NCBI GenBank assembly: GCA_027306505.1
Contig: DAHUZP010000072.1
Location: forward strand, 3,388 to 67,387
Source: Thermoplasmata archaeon
Lineage (GTDB): Archaea; Thermoplasmatota; Thermoplasmata; Lutacidiplasmatales; UBA184
DNA: 64,000 nt
Direction of reading: 5' to 3'
Shown here: piece by piece, positions 50,985 to 60,922 of the stretch
How the letters are laid out: every line of letters starts with the position of its first letter
How positions within the stretch are numbered: position 1 is the stretch's first letter
Notes under the pieces: model-generated
What the model was told of the DNA's origin: nothing
Seen by the model: the letters and a program-made list of their open reading frames with translations, nothing else
The model's database searches: none
Position numbers and translations under genes: made by a program

Positions 50985-51693
50985 GCACTCTGTCAGCTCG
51001 AACCGATCAACGCCCGTTTCAGCCTACGAAGCGCATCCCCACGGAGCGTTCCCGTCCCACGAACGGTCCGCTTCCAGCCCCCGACTCGAGTCCGTGGGAG
51101 CCCCAGCCGACAAGCCTAGGCGGTCATCTCAGGGCCCCCGGGGCCACGGGCCCCCCAGAGCACACGAGGGTAGATCCTCTCGGCCACGCGAAGCCCCCGC
51201 CAGTCCTGTGGGTCCGAGGGCGCCTCGGAATCCTGCGGCCACGCCTTCGCCTTCCTCAGGAAGTGGACCCAGCAGCGTTCCCGTGTTCGGAGAGGAGGAG
51301 GAGCGCGCCCTTCCTGGGCGGCGAGCTGAGCTTAGAGGTCCACCCCGCGCTGACGGATGCGCTCTTCCTCCGCGAGGTGGGAGCCCGACTCGTTACGAGA
51401 GCGAATCACGCGGCCCGGGGTCTTCCGGTGGTTCGCGCTGCGAGGGGAGTCGTACTCCGGGATGAACCCCGGGGTGCCCGTCGAAATTCTCACCCGTGGT
51501 CACGTCAGACCGATTCGTGCAGGGCTACCCCCCTCGCCAAGGCCCTTCGCCAGGAGCCTCGAAAACCGGCACGCATTCAGCCATCCGCAGGGCATTTCTA
51601 TGTCAAAACCTCAGGAAAACTGTGAGGAGCCCCCCCCAGGCTCACGACAATTCGCAAGCTCCTGCGGGGAGCGCGCCTGCTGCCTTGCATTCG

Positions 51694-53127
51694 TTGTCGT
51701 CCGGAGAAGCGGCCCGGCCTCCACCCGGCCTGATCGAGTTCCTACGCGCACCCGAGCCCCGAACACTGCTCCTCACGGGCCCCGCCGGAGCCGGGAAGAC
51801 GACCCTCGCCCTCTCGCTCCTCAGCGCGGTCGGCCTTCCTTCGTTCTACATCTCGACGCGGGTGGGACGCGGCAAGTTGCTTCACCACTTCCCCTGGTTG
51901 GTGGGCGTGCTCCCTCCGGACCGCCTATTGGACCTCGAGGACGTCCGGCCCGCGAGCGAGCGGCAGGAGGACCTCCTGCACCTGCTGGATTCCTTCACCG
52001 ATCCCGTCGACCCGCTCTCCGCGGGACGACGCCTCAGAGAGTTCCTGAGCTTCCCGGGTCAGCTGTCGAAGGCGCTCGCGGAGCCCCCCGCGCGCGCTGG
52101 GAACCGCCTCTTGTGCGTCGACAGCTGGGAGGGTCTGGGCGAGCCCTACGCCCATCTGCTGGGGCTCGACGAGATGGGACGGAGGAGCCTGGACCACGGC
52201 CTCATCTCGCTCTTCCACGCGGCCGGGTTCTCCTTGCTCCTCTGCTCGGAGCTTCCGGTGACCCCCGCGCTCCCCTATCTCTCGGACGGCGTGGTGGACC
52301 TGCGGTCCGAGGCGAGCGAGACCGGCCGTCTGCGCTACCTCGAGGTGCAAAAGCTCCGCGGCTTCCCGATCTCACGCTCCCGCATGGTCTTCTCCCTCGA
52401 CGGGGGTCGTTTCAACGACTGCCCTCCGGTCCCGTTCTGGCGGCAGGTCCCGGGGAAGGTCATCCGACCGCCCCACGCCCCCCCCAACACCTCCGAGACG
52501 CTCTCCCTCGGGATCCCGTTGCTCGACCGAGAGATCGGCGCCATCCAACCCGGCGAGACGATCCTCGCAGAGGTCGAGGGACGCGGCGCCTCCACGCCGC
52601 TCGCCTCCCTGCTCTTCCCGCTATGGGTCCGGGTGCTGCAGGACGGCTGGGACCTCACGCTGCTCATGGACCTCGCCCACTCGCCGAAGGGGATCACCAG
52701 TTCCTTCGGCTCGGTCCTGGCCCGTGCCGATGAGACCCAGCACCTGACGGTGCTCCCCCGCCAGGACCGGACCCGACCCGAGCAGGTCTGGGAGGACCTC
52801 CTCGCCGCCGTGCGACCCCGGTCCGCGCTCGATGTCTCCGTTCGCACGCTCTCGGCCCTTCTCGCAGAGACCGGCGAGCCCCTGTTGGCCCGCCTGGGCC
52901 AGCTCCAGGTCAAGGTCCGGGCGAGCGATGCCCTCCTCGTCCTGGTCACGGGCTCGCCGAACTCGATCCTCACGATCCTCTCCACCATGGTCCCGATCCA
53001 CCTGATGGTCCAGTCCTTCCATGGGACGTTCCTCCTGTGCGGCCGACATCCGCTGACCTCCAACGTCGCCGTGCAGATGGGCGAAGGCGCGCACGGGCCG
53101 GAGTATCGATACATCCCGATGGTCTAA
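51694..53127 (+). CDS. GvpD/KaiC-like (RAD55 family) P-loop ATPase with degenerate second domain
   Basis: LLLTGPAGAGKTT, YISTRV, CVDSW, YLSDGVV and LEVQKLRG. The second repeat begins SLGIPLLDREIG and lacks Walker A. Start uncertain. Confidence 0.75.
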   Translation: MSSGEAARPPPGLIEFLRAPEPRTLLLTGPAGAGKTTLALSLLSAVGLPSFYISTRVGRGKLLHHFPWLVGVLPPDRLLDLEDVRPASERQEDLLHLLDSFTDPVDPLSAGRRLREFLSFPGQLSKALAEPPARAGNRLLCVDSWEGLGEPYAHLLGLDEMGRRSLDHGLISLFHAAGFSLLLCSELPVTPALPYLSDGVVDLRSEASETGRLRYLEVQKLRGFPISRSRMVFSLDGGRFNDCPPVPFWRQVPGKVIRPPHAPPNTSETLSLGIPLLDREIGAIQPGETILAEVEGRGASTPLASLLFPLWVRVLQDGWDLTLLMDLAHSPKGITSSFGSVLARADETQHLTVLPRQDRTRPEQVWEDLLAAVRPRSALDVSVRTLSALLAETGEPLLARLGQLQVKVRASDALLVLVTGSPNSILTILSTMVPIHLMVQSFHGTFLLCGRHPLTSNVAVQMGEGAHGPEYRYIPMV

Positions 53128-53247
53128 GGTGGGCTGGCCGACCGCACCCCCCCTCTCCCCCACCCTTCACGGGCCCCACTGGCTGCCTCTCCTGGGCCGG
53201 AAGCAGTGCCCCACCTGAGGGCAAAAGGTAGTATGCCTCCCCATCCC

Positions 53248-56200
53248 ATGGAAGGGGCGGTGACCCGGCTCTTCGTGTCCCCCTCCTGCGCCCCCGCCTT
53301 GGTGGGCGTCGCGCTGCTAACGGTCGCCGCGATTGGGACCCTGGTCGCCTCCGGCTGGGCCCCGCTCCTCCTCGCTCCGGGGTCGGTCGGCGCGGGACTC
53401 CCAGGACAGCTCCCGTACCCGGATGCCCCCCACCCTGCGACCGCCTCGACGCATCCCCTCGCGGTCGCCTTCCCCTGGTGGGGAGGGCTCGCCTATGTGG
53501 GGCCCAACACCACCGGGGTCCAGACCTTCCTGGGGAACGTGACCATCCCCCTTACCATCGCGGACCGCTTGGGCTACAACTACACGTTGGGGATCGAAGC
53601 GACCGACGGGTCGTGCACCACGGTCGGCGCGGGGATCGAGGACAGCCAAGGGACCTGGAGGTTCCACTGGAGCTTGGCCCCCTTCGGAGCACCGTCCCAG
53701 CAGGGTTGGGCGCTCCACCTCGCTCCGGGAGACACCTATCAGGTCGTGATCGTCTCGGTGGGGGGCGACGTAGAGGCCTCGATCTACAACGTCTCCCACG
53801 CGAACGAGTACAACTCGACAGCTAGCCCGGAGGCGACCTCTGGCCCCTACTTGGACGGAGCCAACGGCCTCGCGCTAGGCCCCTACCTCTGCGGGGGCGT
53901 CGCGAGTCCCCCCGCCGTGAGCCTCATCGTCCGATCCGTGGGAGGCGGCTCCACCACGTTCGGGCCTTCCCGGGACCTCTTCCTCCAGGACGAGAACTTC
54001 TACCTCCTCAGCAGCCCCTGGACCTCCTTCCAGGCCCCCAATCTCTGGGACCCCTACCTCCACGGGGCCCCTGGCACCTTCGCCCCGGAACAGTCATGGG
54101 CGACCGCGGACCTCATCGTCCAGGCGACCGACCACCCAGTGGACCAGATCGCCACCACAACGACCCCGCGCACCGACGTGGACGTGGGCATGACCGCCGC
54201 GGTGGGCATCGTGGGAACACCCGCCACCGTCCCTGCCGGGGAGAACGACTTCGCATTCGCCCAGATCGAGTTCGGCGATAGTTATCCGGGAGCCTCCTCC
54301 CTCTCCTTCGCGACCTGCCAGAGCCTGAACGGTAGCAACTCCAACTCCGGCTATCCAGGGGGGGACACGGGGTACGCCGCGGAGTATGGCTACGCCAGCA
54401 ACACCACCACCGTGAGCATCCACCTGGGCTATGTCTTCGATCCCGCCACGAACATCTCTCTCGACTATCGTTGTTACACCCAACCCCTCTCCTCGTCGGG
54501 CAACCTCACGATGTGGGGGCTCTCCTACCTCACCTATCCGTGGACGGCTTCCACCCCCAACTACGTGGACGCGCTCACCAGTGGCGTACGTGAGCCGCTC
54601 GGCATGAACGCCCTCAAGTGGAACGTGGCGGTCCACGCGTTGCCGGTCGTCGGGGTCTCCACGCCCACCCCCGCGGTGGTCGTGGGGCAGTCCGCGAGCT
54701 TCGTCGCGTGGGAGAGGGGAGGTTCCCCGGCCCTGACCTACCAATGGCTCGTCGATGGGTCGGTCCAGGCAGGCTGCACGACGCTCAGCTGCGCCCTCTC
54801 CTGGGGATCGCCGGGGAGCCACCAAGTCTGGATGTCGGTCACCGACGCTTTCGGAGCGAGGGCGGTCTCCCCTCACCTCAACGAGACCGTGGACCCGGCC
54901 CTCACCTCCTCCATCTCACCCTACCCCACCGCCGCCGCGACGCTCGGGGCGCCCCTCACGTTGAGCGCCGCCTGGAGCGGGGGCACCGGGGGGAACTCCT
55001 TCACGTTCTGGAGGAACGGTAGCCTCTCCCCTGTGCAGCTGCAGGTAGGGCCCTCGAGCACCTACGCCCTCGTCCTGACCCATGGGGGAACCTACCAGTC
55101 CTGGGTCGACGTGAACGACTCCGCCGGCAACGTGGCCGTCTCCCCGCACACCAATGTCACGGAGACCCTCGCGCTCGCGGCGGTCCTGAGCCCGCTGTCA
55201 GGGAGGACCGAGTCCGGCGCGCTGCCCGTAACGCTCTCGGTCTCCGTCGCCGGCGGACAGGGCAGCTACGTCGTCAGCTGGTACCATCCAGGAGCCCTCA
55301 CCGCCACCGGGACGTGCTGGGCCCAATGCAACCTCTCCGGTGCCGCTCCCGGGACCTACGAGGTGTGGGTCGGGGTGACCGATGGGGGTGGGGCACGGAA
55401 CGTGAGCGCCCATGCGAACATCACCGTCCTGCCCGCCCTGGTCTTCTCCTCATGGCAGGGCCCTTCGGTCGTCGACGCGGGCGCGAACGACACGTTCGGA
55501 GCGCTCTTCGTTGGAGGCGCTTCGCCCGAGACCTACCAGTGGGACCTCAACGGGGCCCCCGTTCCGTACTGCGCTCTCGCGAACTGCAGCGTGGTCGTGC
55601 CCTCCACCCCCGCCGCGAAGCTCCAGGTGAATGCGACCGATGCCCTCGGGATCACCGCCATGTCCAGCCCCTTCTGGGTGGTCTCCGCCCCTGCTCTCTC
55701 GGTCGCCCTTTCCTCTCCACTGCCCCCGGCCCTCGTGGAGGTGGGGCAGGCGGTGGGGATCTGGGCAAAGGCTTCGAGCGGGGTTGGCGGCGACGCCTAT
55801 GGGTTCCTGACCAGCGCGGCGCCGGGGCTTGCCCTGGGGGTCGGTCCCTGGGGGAACTTCTCTTGGGCCCCCGTGCTCCCGGGGAACTACCAGGTCTGGG
55901 CGGAGGCGAACGATTCCACCGGCTACCGGGTCGTGAGCTCCCACGCGAACATCACGGTGGTCACGGCCCTTGCGCTCACCGTGCTCCCCGCGCCGCTCGC
56001 CTCCGTCTCCGTGGGGACCCTTCTCAACGCGTCGGCCTCGGCCACGGGTGGCAGCACCCCCTTCACCTTCACGTGGTACTCGGACGGAGCTGTGCAGGGA
56101 AGCTGCGCCGGGTCGTACTGCGACTACCAGTGGTCCTCGGCTGGGACGCACCAGATCTGGGCCGCCGTCACGGATGGGCTCGGCGTGAGGAGCGTCGCTC

Positions 56201-57255
56201 CGCACACCAACGTGAGCGTGAGAACGGGAAGCCTGGTCCTGGTGACCTTCCTCGTTGGCCCCGCGGGGAGCGGAACGATCCGGGTGAACGGGGTCGCAAC
56301 GCCTTCGGGGAACGTCTCTGGTCTCCTTCCTGGAGATTACCAGGTCCAGGCGCTGGCGCGGCCCGGGTTCTCCTTTGCAGGATGGTACGCGTCGAACCCC
56401 TCGGGGTTGCTCTTCCAATCCGCGGGCGCCTCGACGACCACCCTGCAGGTGAACGGTGGCTCCGGCTCCGGGGGGACTGTGGTCGCCGAGTTCTCCGCTC
56501 CCCGGCCCTTCTCCGTGGTGGTCCAGGTAGCTCCCCCCAGCACGGCCAACCTCACGGTCAACGGCACGCCCACCGCGGGAGGCTCCACCTTGACGCTCCG
56601 AGAGGGGGTCTATCCCCTCCGGGCCTCCGCGGGACCCGGTCGAGGTTTCTTGAGCTGGGTCACTCAAGGCGCCGTGAACGTCTCGTGGAACCTCCCTTCG
56701 ACCCTGATGGAGGTGGGAGGCAACGGCACGGTCGAGGCCCAGACGACGTCCACGGCGGGCGTCTCCCCCACCCTCTACGCGATCTCCCTCACCGTCTCCC
56801 CGTCCGGGGTCTCCACGGTACTCTCGGTCGGGACGACCACCTACGCGCCGGGCACGGCGATCGACGTTCCGGCCGGCAGCTACGCCCTCACCCTCACCGT
56901 GCCGTCCGGCTACACCTTCCAGGGTTGGACGACGACCGGCGGAGCGTCGGTCGCTTCCCTGGGGTCCTCATCGACGCAGCTCCTGGTGACCGGTAACGGG
57001 ACGCTCACGGCAGACCTTGTGCGCTCCGGTGCGGGTGGCATCTTCGGGCTGGGGCTCTCGACGACGACCCTCGAGGTGTTCGCCCTCTTGCTGGTGGTCC
57101 TGGTGGCCGTGATCATCATCGGAGCGAGCCGGCACCGTTCGCACGACCAGCGACGGGGCGGGAATCCCCCACCTGCCCAAGGACCCGAAGGTCCAGGAGC
57201 GGTGAACGCGGGCTACGAGGGTGAGGAAGGCCCCGCGTACGACGAACCGACCTGA
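53248..57255 (+). CDS. Very large secreted PKD/Ig-repeat surface protein with TM anchor
   Basis: Signal peptide, GG-x-P-x-Y-x-W...V-x-D repeats, GY/F-x-F-x-GW repeats and TM VFALLLVVLVAVIIIG. Start uncertain (53206-53260). Confidence 0.8.
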   Translation: MEGAVTRLFVSPSCAPALVGVALLTVAAIGTLVASGWAPLLLAPGSVGAGLPGQLPYPDAPHPATASTHPLAVAFPWWGGLAYVGPNTTGVQTFLGNVTIPLTIADRLGYNYTLGIEATDGSCTTVGAGIEDSQGTWRFHWSLAPFGAPSQQGWALHLAPGDTYQVVIVSVGGDVEASIYNVSHANEYNSTASPEATSGPYLDGANGLALGPYLCGGVASPPAVSLIVRSVGGGSTTFGPSRDLFLQDENFYLLSSPWTSFQAPNLWDPYLHGAPGTFAPEQSWATADLIVQATDHPVDQIATTTTPRTDVDVGMTAAVGIVGTPATVPAGENDFAFAQIEFGDSYPGASSLSFATCQSLNGSNSNSGYPGGDTGYAAEYGYASNTTTVSIHLGYVFDPATNISLDYRCYTQPLSSSGNLTMWGLSYLTYPWTASTPNYVDALTSGVREPLGMNALKWNVAVHALPVVGVSTPTPAVVVGQSASFVAWERGGSPALTYQWLVDGSVQAGCTTLSCALSWGSPGSHQVWMSVTDAFGARAVSPHLNETVDPALTSSISPYPTAAATLGAPLTLSAAWSGGTGGNSFTFWRNGSLSPVQLQVGPSSTYALVLTHGGTYQSWVDVNDSAGNVAVSPHTNVTETLALAAVLSPLSGRTESGALPVTLSVSVAGGQGSYVVSWYHPGALTATGTCWAQCNLSGAAPGTYEVWVGVTDGGGARNVSAHANITVLPALVFSSWQGPSVVDAGANDTFGALFVGGASPETYQWDLNGAPVPYCALANCSVVVPSTPAAKLQVNATDALGITAMSSPFWVVSAPALSVALSSPLPPALVEVGQAVGIWAKASSGVGGDAYGFLTSAAPGLALGVGPWGNFSWAPVLPGNYQVWAEANDSTGYRVVSSHANITVVTALALTVLPAPLASVSVGTLLNASASATGGSTPFTFTWYSDGAVQGSCAGSYCDYQWSSAGTHQIWAAVTDGLGVRSVAPHTNVSVRTGSLVLVTFLVGPAGSGTIRVNGVATPSGNVSGLLPGDYQVQALARPGFSFAGWYASNPSGLLFQSAGASTTTLQVNGGSGSGGTVVAEFSAPRPFSVVVQVAPPSTANLTVNGTPTAGGSTLTLREGVYPLRASAGPGRGFLSWVTQGAVNVSWNLPSTLMEVGGNGTVEAQTTSTAGVSPTLYAISLTVSPSGVSTVLSVGTTTYAPGTAIDVPAGSYALTLTVPSGYTFQGWTTTGGASVASLGSSSTQLLVTGNGTLTADLVRSGAGGIFGLGLSTTTLEVFALLLVVLVAVIIIGASRHRSHDQRRGGNPPPAQGPEGPGAVNAGYEGEEGPAYDEPT

Positions 57256-57373
57256 CGGGTGCCCTCGGCTCGGTCGCGGAGAGGGGACGCGGGAGGGGCC
57301 CGCCTCCCGTGGGGGCCGCTCCGCGAAGGCACCCTCCAAATAGGGTCCCTCATTACGCCGTCAGGGGAGCACC

Positions 57374-57934
57374 GTGGCCGACGCGGGGACCCAGCACCGG
57401 ACCTTGCCCAGCAACGAGGCCGTGAAGCTCGAGGCCATCGCCCGCCTCCTACGGCAGGCCCTTCGTCTGGCCGAGGGCGCAGAAGCCTCCGCCCACGAGC
57501 GTGCGTCCACCGTTACGCCCCCCGTTCCATCCCCCGTTGCTCCTCCTGTTGCTTCACCCAGCCCCCCCTCTGCGAGCACCCCCACGGCTCCGCCCGCAGC
57601 TGCGGAGGGGTCCTCCGACACCGATGGGCTCGGCGCCCGACCGTCGGGAGGAGACACGAGCCGGTCCGGCGCGGGTGGACCGCCCCAAGTGGGCTACCTC
57701 CTCGGGCTCCTGCAGACCGAGCAGTCGCGCATGGACGAGACGAAGAAGGAGGTCGCCCGCAAGGACGCGGAGCTCAGTTTGAAGCTCCAGTTCGCGAAGA
57801 AGAAGGAAGAGGACCTGGAGGTCCGAGAGGGCGAGCTCAAGAAGCTGGACGCCCAGCTACGGGTGCGCGAGATGCAGATCACCCGGCGAGAGGAACGCAT
57901 GCGCGAGATGGGGCGCATGGGTCCGGCCGACTGA
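57374..57934 (+). CDS. Hypothetical coiled-coil protein
   Basis: Pro-rich linker and charged C-terminal heptads (KEEDLEVREGELKKLDAQLRVREMQ). GGGGAG RBS before the GTG start. Confidence 0.6.
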   Translation: MADAGTQHRTLPSNEAVKLEAIARLLRQALRLAEGAEASAHERASTVTPPVPSPVAPPVASPSPPSASTPTAPPAAAEGSSDTDGLGARPSGGDTSRSGAGGPPQVGYLLGLLQTEQSRMDETKKEVARKDAELSLKLQFAKKKEEDLEVREGELKKLDAQLRVREMQITRREERMREMGRMGPAD

Positions 57935-58011
57935 GCCCCACTCCCCGGAGCCCGGAGGAGGGGATCGCTCCCGCCCCGTAGGTTCCCCACCGCGCTCCTC
58001 GCGCCAGCGAA

Positions 58012-58224
58012 CTACGGTCCTTGCGGTCGCATCGTGGGGAGTGCCCCCGGAGGCCTGGGAAACCGGCCGCGCTCGAGCTCGGAGAGAAAGGTCACCAGGA
58101 AGGCCTCCGCGCGTCGGGGATCCTCCTCCCTTGCGAGCAGGAAACCTCGACACAGCCGCGCGAGATGGCTTCGAACTTCTCCACCGGGTGCTCGTGTCGT
58201 TTCCTCTGATCGGGAGTCTTTCAA
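58012..58224 (-). CDS. Possible small hypothetical protein (~70 aa)
   Basis: TATATC box, then GGGGAG, then TTG. Amphipathic helical sequence filling an intergenic gap. Confidence 0.35.
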   Translation of the reverse strand: MKDSRSEETTRAPGGEVRSHLARLCRGFLLAREEDPRRAEAFLVTFLSELERGRFPRPPGALPTMRPQGP

Positions 58225-58401
58225 AACAGCTCCCCCTGGTCCGTAGATATACGTATCGATGTCCCCCATATAACCGAAGCGGGGCACCCTGGCCGCTCGA
58301 GCGTTCCCGGAATGCGGTGGAGGGCTCCGTTTTGCGTGGTCCCGGTGCAGGCCCAACCTTTATGCCCGGTCCTCGGTCGACCCCGGGCAGGAGAGGTCTC
58401 C

Positions 58402-59802
58402 ATGTCAACGGCGGCGAAGCGTGCGGTCCCTGAGCCTGACGCGTCGAAGGTCACCAAGGCGCCCCGGGGCGTGGTCCTCCGCACGCCCATCCCCGGGCCC
58501 CGGGGGAAGGCCATCGTGGAACGCGACACCCAGTTCCTGATGACCTCCACCAAGACCGCGCCGGTCGTCGCCCAGTCCGGCAAAGGGGTCTGGGTCACCG
58601 ATGTCGACGGTAACCGCTTCCTGGACTTCACGAGCGGTGTCGGGGTCCTCGGCACCGGGCACTGCCACCCCACGGTGGTGGAGGCCGTGCAGAAGCAGGC
58701 CCAGGAACTGATGCACTTCGCCGGGACCGACTTCTACTACGACATCCAGGTCCGGCTCGCCGAGCGCCTCGCGAAGATCGCCCCGGGGAAGGCGCCCAAG
58801 AAGGTGTTCTTCACGAACTCCGGGACGGAGAGCGTGGAGGCCGCGGTGAAGCTCGCCCGGTGGAACACGCAACGGCCGCTCACGCTGGGGCTCATCGGCT
58901 CCTTCCACGGCCGGAGCATGGGGGCGCTCTCCCTCACCTCGAGCAAGCCCGCGCAGCGCCGCCGCTTCAACGCCTACACCGGCGGAGGCGTCCACATCCC
59001 GGCGCCCACCTGCTACCGTTGCCCGTACAAGCTCGAGTACCCGAGCTGCGACGTCTATTGCGCGAAGATCCTCGAGGAGCTCTACTTCAACACGGTCCTC
59101 CCCCCGGAGGACATCGCCGCGTTCGTCGCGGAGCCCGTCATCGGCGAGGGCGGCTACGTGGTGCCTCCAAAGGAGTACTTCCAGCTCATGCAGAAGATCC
59201 TGAAGCCCCACGGGATCCTGCACGTCTCGGACGAGGTCCAGGCCGGCATGGGCCGGACCGGCAAGTGGTGGGGGATCGAGAACTTCGGGGTCGCCCCCGA
59301 CATGATCACCACCGCGAAGGCGCTCGGGAGCGGCCTCCCCATCGGTGCCCTCGTCGCTGACGCGAAGCTCGACTACAGCTACCAGGGGGCCCACTCCAAC
59401 ACCTACGGCGGCAACGCGGTGGCCTGCGCCTCCTCGCTCGCCACCTTCGAGGTCTTCGACCGCGAGCACCTCCTCGAGAACGCGACCGAGCAGGGGAACC
59501 ACCTGGTGAAGCGACTGAAGGAGCTCCAGGCGAAGTACGAGTGCATCGGAGACGTCCGCGGGCTTGGGCTGATGGTCGCGACTGACTTCGTGAAGGACCG
59601 CAAGACCCGGGAGCACGCCTCCAAGCTGCGGGACCGAGTCGAGGTCGAGGCCTACCAACGAGGGCTCGTGCTGCTGGGTTGCGGACGCTCCGCGATCCGC
59701 TTCATCCCGGCGCTCGTGGTCAAGGAAGCGGAGATCGACGAGGCGGTGGAGATCTACGACCAGTCCATCGCGGCGGCGCTCAAGTCCGTCGGAGCTTCCT
59801 AG
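58402..59802 (+). CDS. Class III aminotransferase (4-aminobutyrate/acetylornithine aminotransferase-like)
   Basis: DVDGNRFLDF, NSGTESVEAA, FHGRS, SDEVQAGMGRTGKWW, TAKALG and NTYGGN. Confidence 0.93.
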   Translation: MSTAAKRAVPEPDASKVTKAPRGVVLRTPIPGPRGKAIVERDTQFLMTSTKTAPVVAQSGKGVWVTDVDGNRFLDFTSGVGVLGTGHCHPTVVEAVQKQAQELMHFAGTDFYYDIQVRLAERLAKIAPGKAPKKVFFTNSGTESVEAAVKLARWNTQRPLTLGLIGSFHGRSMGALSLTSSKPAQRRRFNAYTGGGVHIPAPTCYRCPYKLEYPSCDVYCAKILEELYFNTVLPPEDIAAFVAEPVIGEGGYVVPPKEYFQLMQKILKPHGILHVSDEVQAGMGRTGKWWGIENFGVAPDMITTAKALGSGLPIGALVADAKLDYSYQGAHSNTYGGNAVACASSLATFEVFDREHLLENATEQGNHLVKRLKELQAKYECIGDVRGLGLMVATDFVKDRKTREHASKLRDRVEVEAYQRGLVLLGCGRSAIRFIPALVVKEAEIDEAVEIYDQSIAAALKSVGAS

Positions 59803-60754
59803 AAAGGCCCGCGCGCGAGGTCCCGACCCGGCGGGGGGCCCTGGGGTCCCCCCGGGACCGCCCTGAGAGCTCCCGGCAGACCTCCGGCAGCCCCTCGAGG
59901 TAGCTCGGGTAGGACGGCGTCCATCCGAGGGCCCGGAGCGCGGAGTTGGACGCCCGACGGTTCGCCGCATTGAGGAGAGCGAGGTCGGGGCCCCAGTCGG
60001 CCTGGGCCCGCTCGAGGGGGATGCCCGTGGGAGATGCGACGCCGAGCTGGCTCGCGAGGGCCTCGGAGAAGACCCGCACGGTCACCGGCCGGTCGTCGGC
60101 CACAAGGTAGGTCGCCCCCCGCACGCCGTGCGAGGACAATCGGAGGAAAGCCTCGCCACAGTCCTTCCAGTGCACGGGTGACATGTGGTTGGAACCGTCC
60201 CCCACGTAACGGAAGGTCCCCTCCTGCAGCTCCTTGGCCCAGGAGGCGAGCCAGGAGCCCGGACCGTACACCATGCCCGGACGGGCGATCACCGGGTCGA
60301 TCGACCGGCGCGAGCCCGCGGTCCGGGCCACCTCCTCCGCCTCGTAGTTCAGCTGCGAGAGGTGGAGCGGTCGCAGCGGGCTCGACTCGACCAGGGTCCC
60401 GGGTACGTCACCGTAGACCCAGTAGCCCGAGCCTAGGACGACACGCGGAACCCCCTGGGCGACCGCCGCCTCGATGAGCCGGCGTGCCCCCTCCACGCGG
60501 ACCTGACGGAGCTCCTCAAGGTCCCCTGAAGAGCTCTGGGCCAAGTGGACGATGGCGTCGCACCCCGCGAGGCTGGAAGCATACTCCCGAGGCTCGAGCA
60601 GGTCGCCGAGCACGGGCGTCGCCCCCAGAGCGGTGATGCCCTTCGCCTGCTCCGCCCTCCGGACCAGCCCTCGCACCTCCACGCCTGAGCCTCGGGCCGA
60701 CGTGAGGAGGGCCCTCCCCAGGAAACCGGCCGCCCCCGAAACGAACAGCCTCAT
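59780..60754 (-). CDS. NAD-dependent epimerase/dehydratase family (atypical SDR)
   Basis: FVSGAAGFLG, IVHLA and RPGMVYGPG. Confidence 0.85.
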   Translation of the reverse strand: MRLFVSGAAGFLGRALLTSARGSGVEVRGLVRRAEQAKGITALGATPVLGDLLEPREYASSLAGCDAIVHLAQSSSGDLEELRQVRVEGARRLIEAAVAQGVPRVVLGSGYWVYGDVPGTLVESSPLRPLHLSQLNYEAEEVARTAGSRRSIDPVIARPGMVYGPGSWLASWAKELQEGTFRYVGDGSNHMSPVHWKDCGEAFLRLSSHGVRGATYLVADDRPVTVRVFSEALASQLGVASPTGIPLERAQADWGPDLALLNAANRRASNSALRALGWTPSYPSYLEGLPEVCRELSGRSRGDPRAPRRVGTSRAGLSRKLRRT

Positions 60755-60922
60755 GTCGCCTGCTCCAAGTCCCCCGGACGCCAAAAGGGAGCCCGTCCGG
60801 GCTTCGGGTCGCTAACTTCCCGGCATCCGTGGAGGGACCGCGCCGGGCCCCGCACTGCCCGAGAGGGCAGCCTCCCCTCGACGACGGGGAAGAGGTAAGA
60901 GGGGCACCCCTTCCAGCGAACT

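Noticed and set aside
51332-51493. 53-aa minus-strand ORF beginning MRISTGTPGF (KaiC/RadA-like start)
   Set aside because: The similarity ends after about 9 residues and there is no Walker A, so it is probably chance.
51694-53127. Gas vesicle or circadian clock locus
   Set aside because: No gvpA/N/etc. or kaiB genes are present, and the second domain is degenerate.
53460-54100. G1 glutamic peptidase domain at the N-terminus of the giant surface protein
   Set aside because: The resemblance is only a loose beta-strand pattern, and the catalytic Gln and Glu could not be identified.
50477-57255. Intact tRNA-integrated element or provirus
   Set aside because: I saw no integrase, viral genes or repeated tRNA 3' end in the window.
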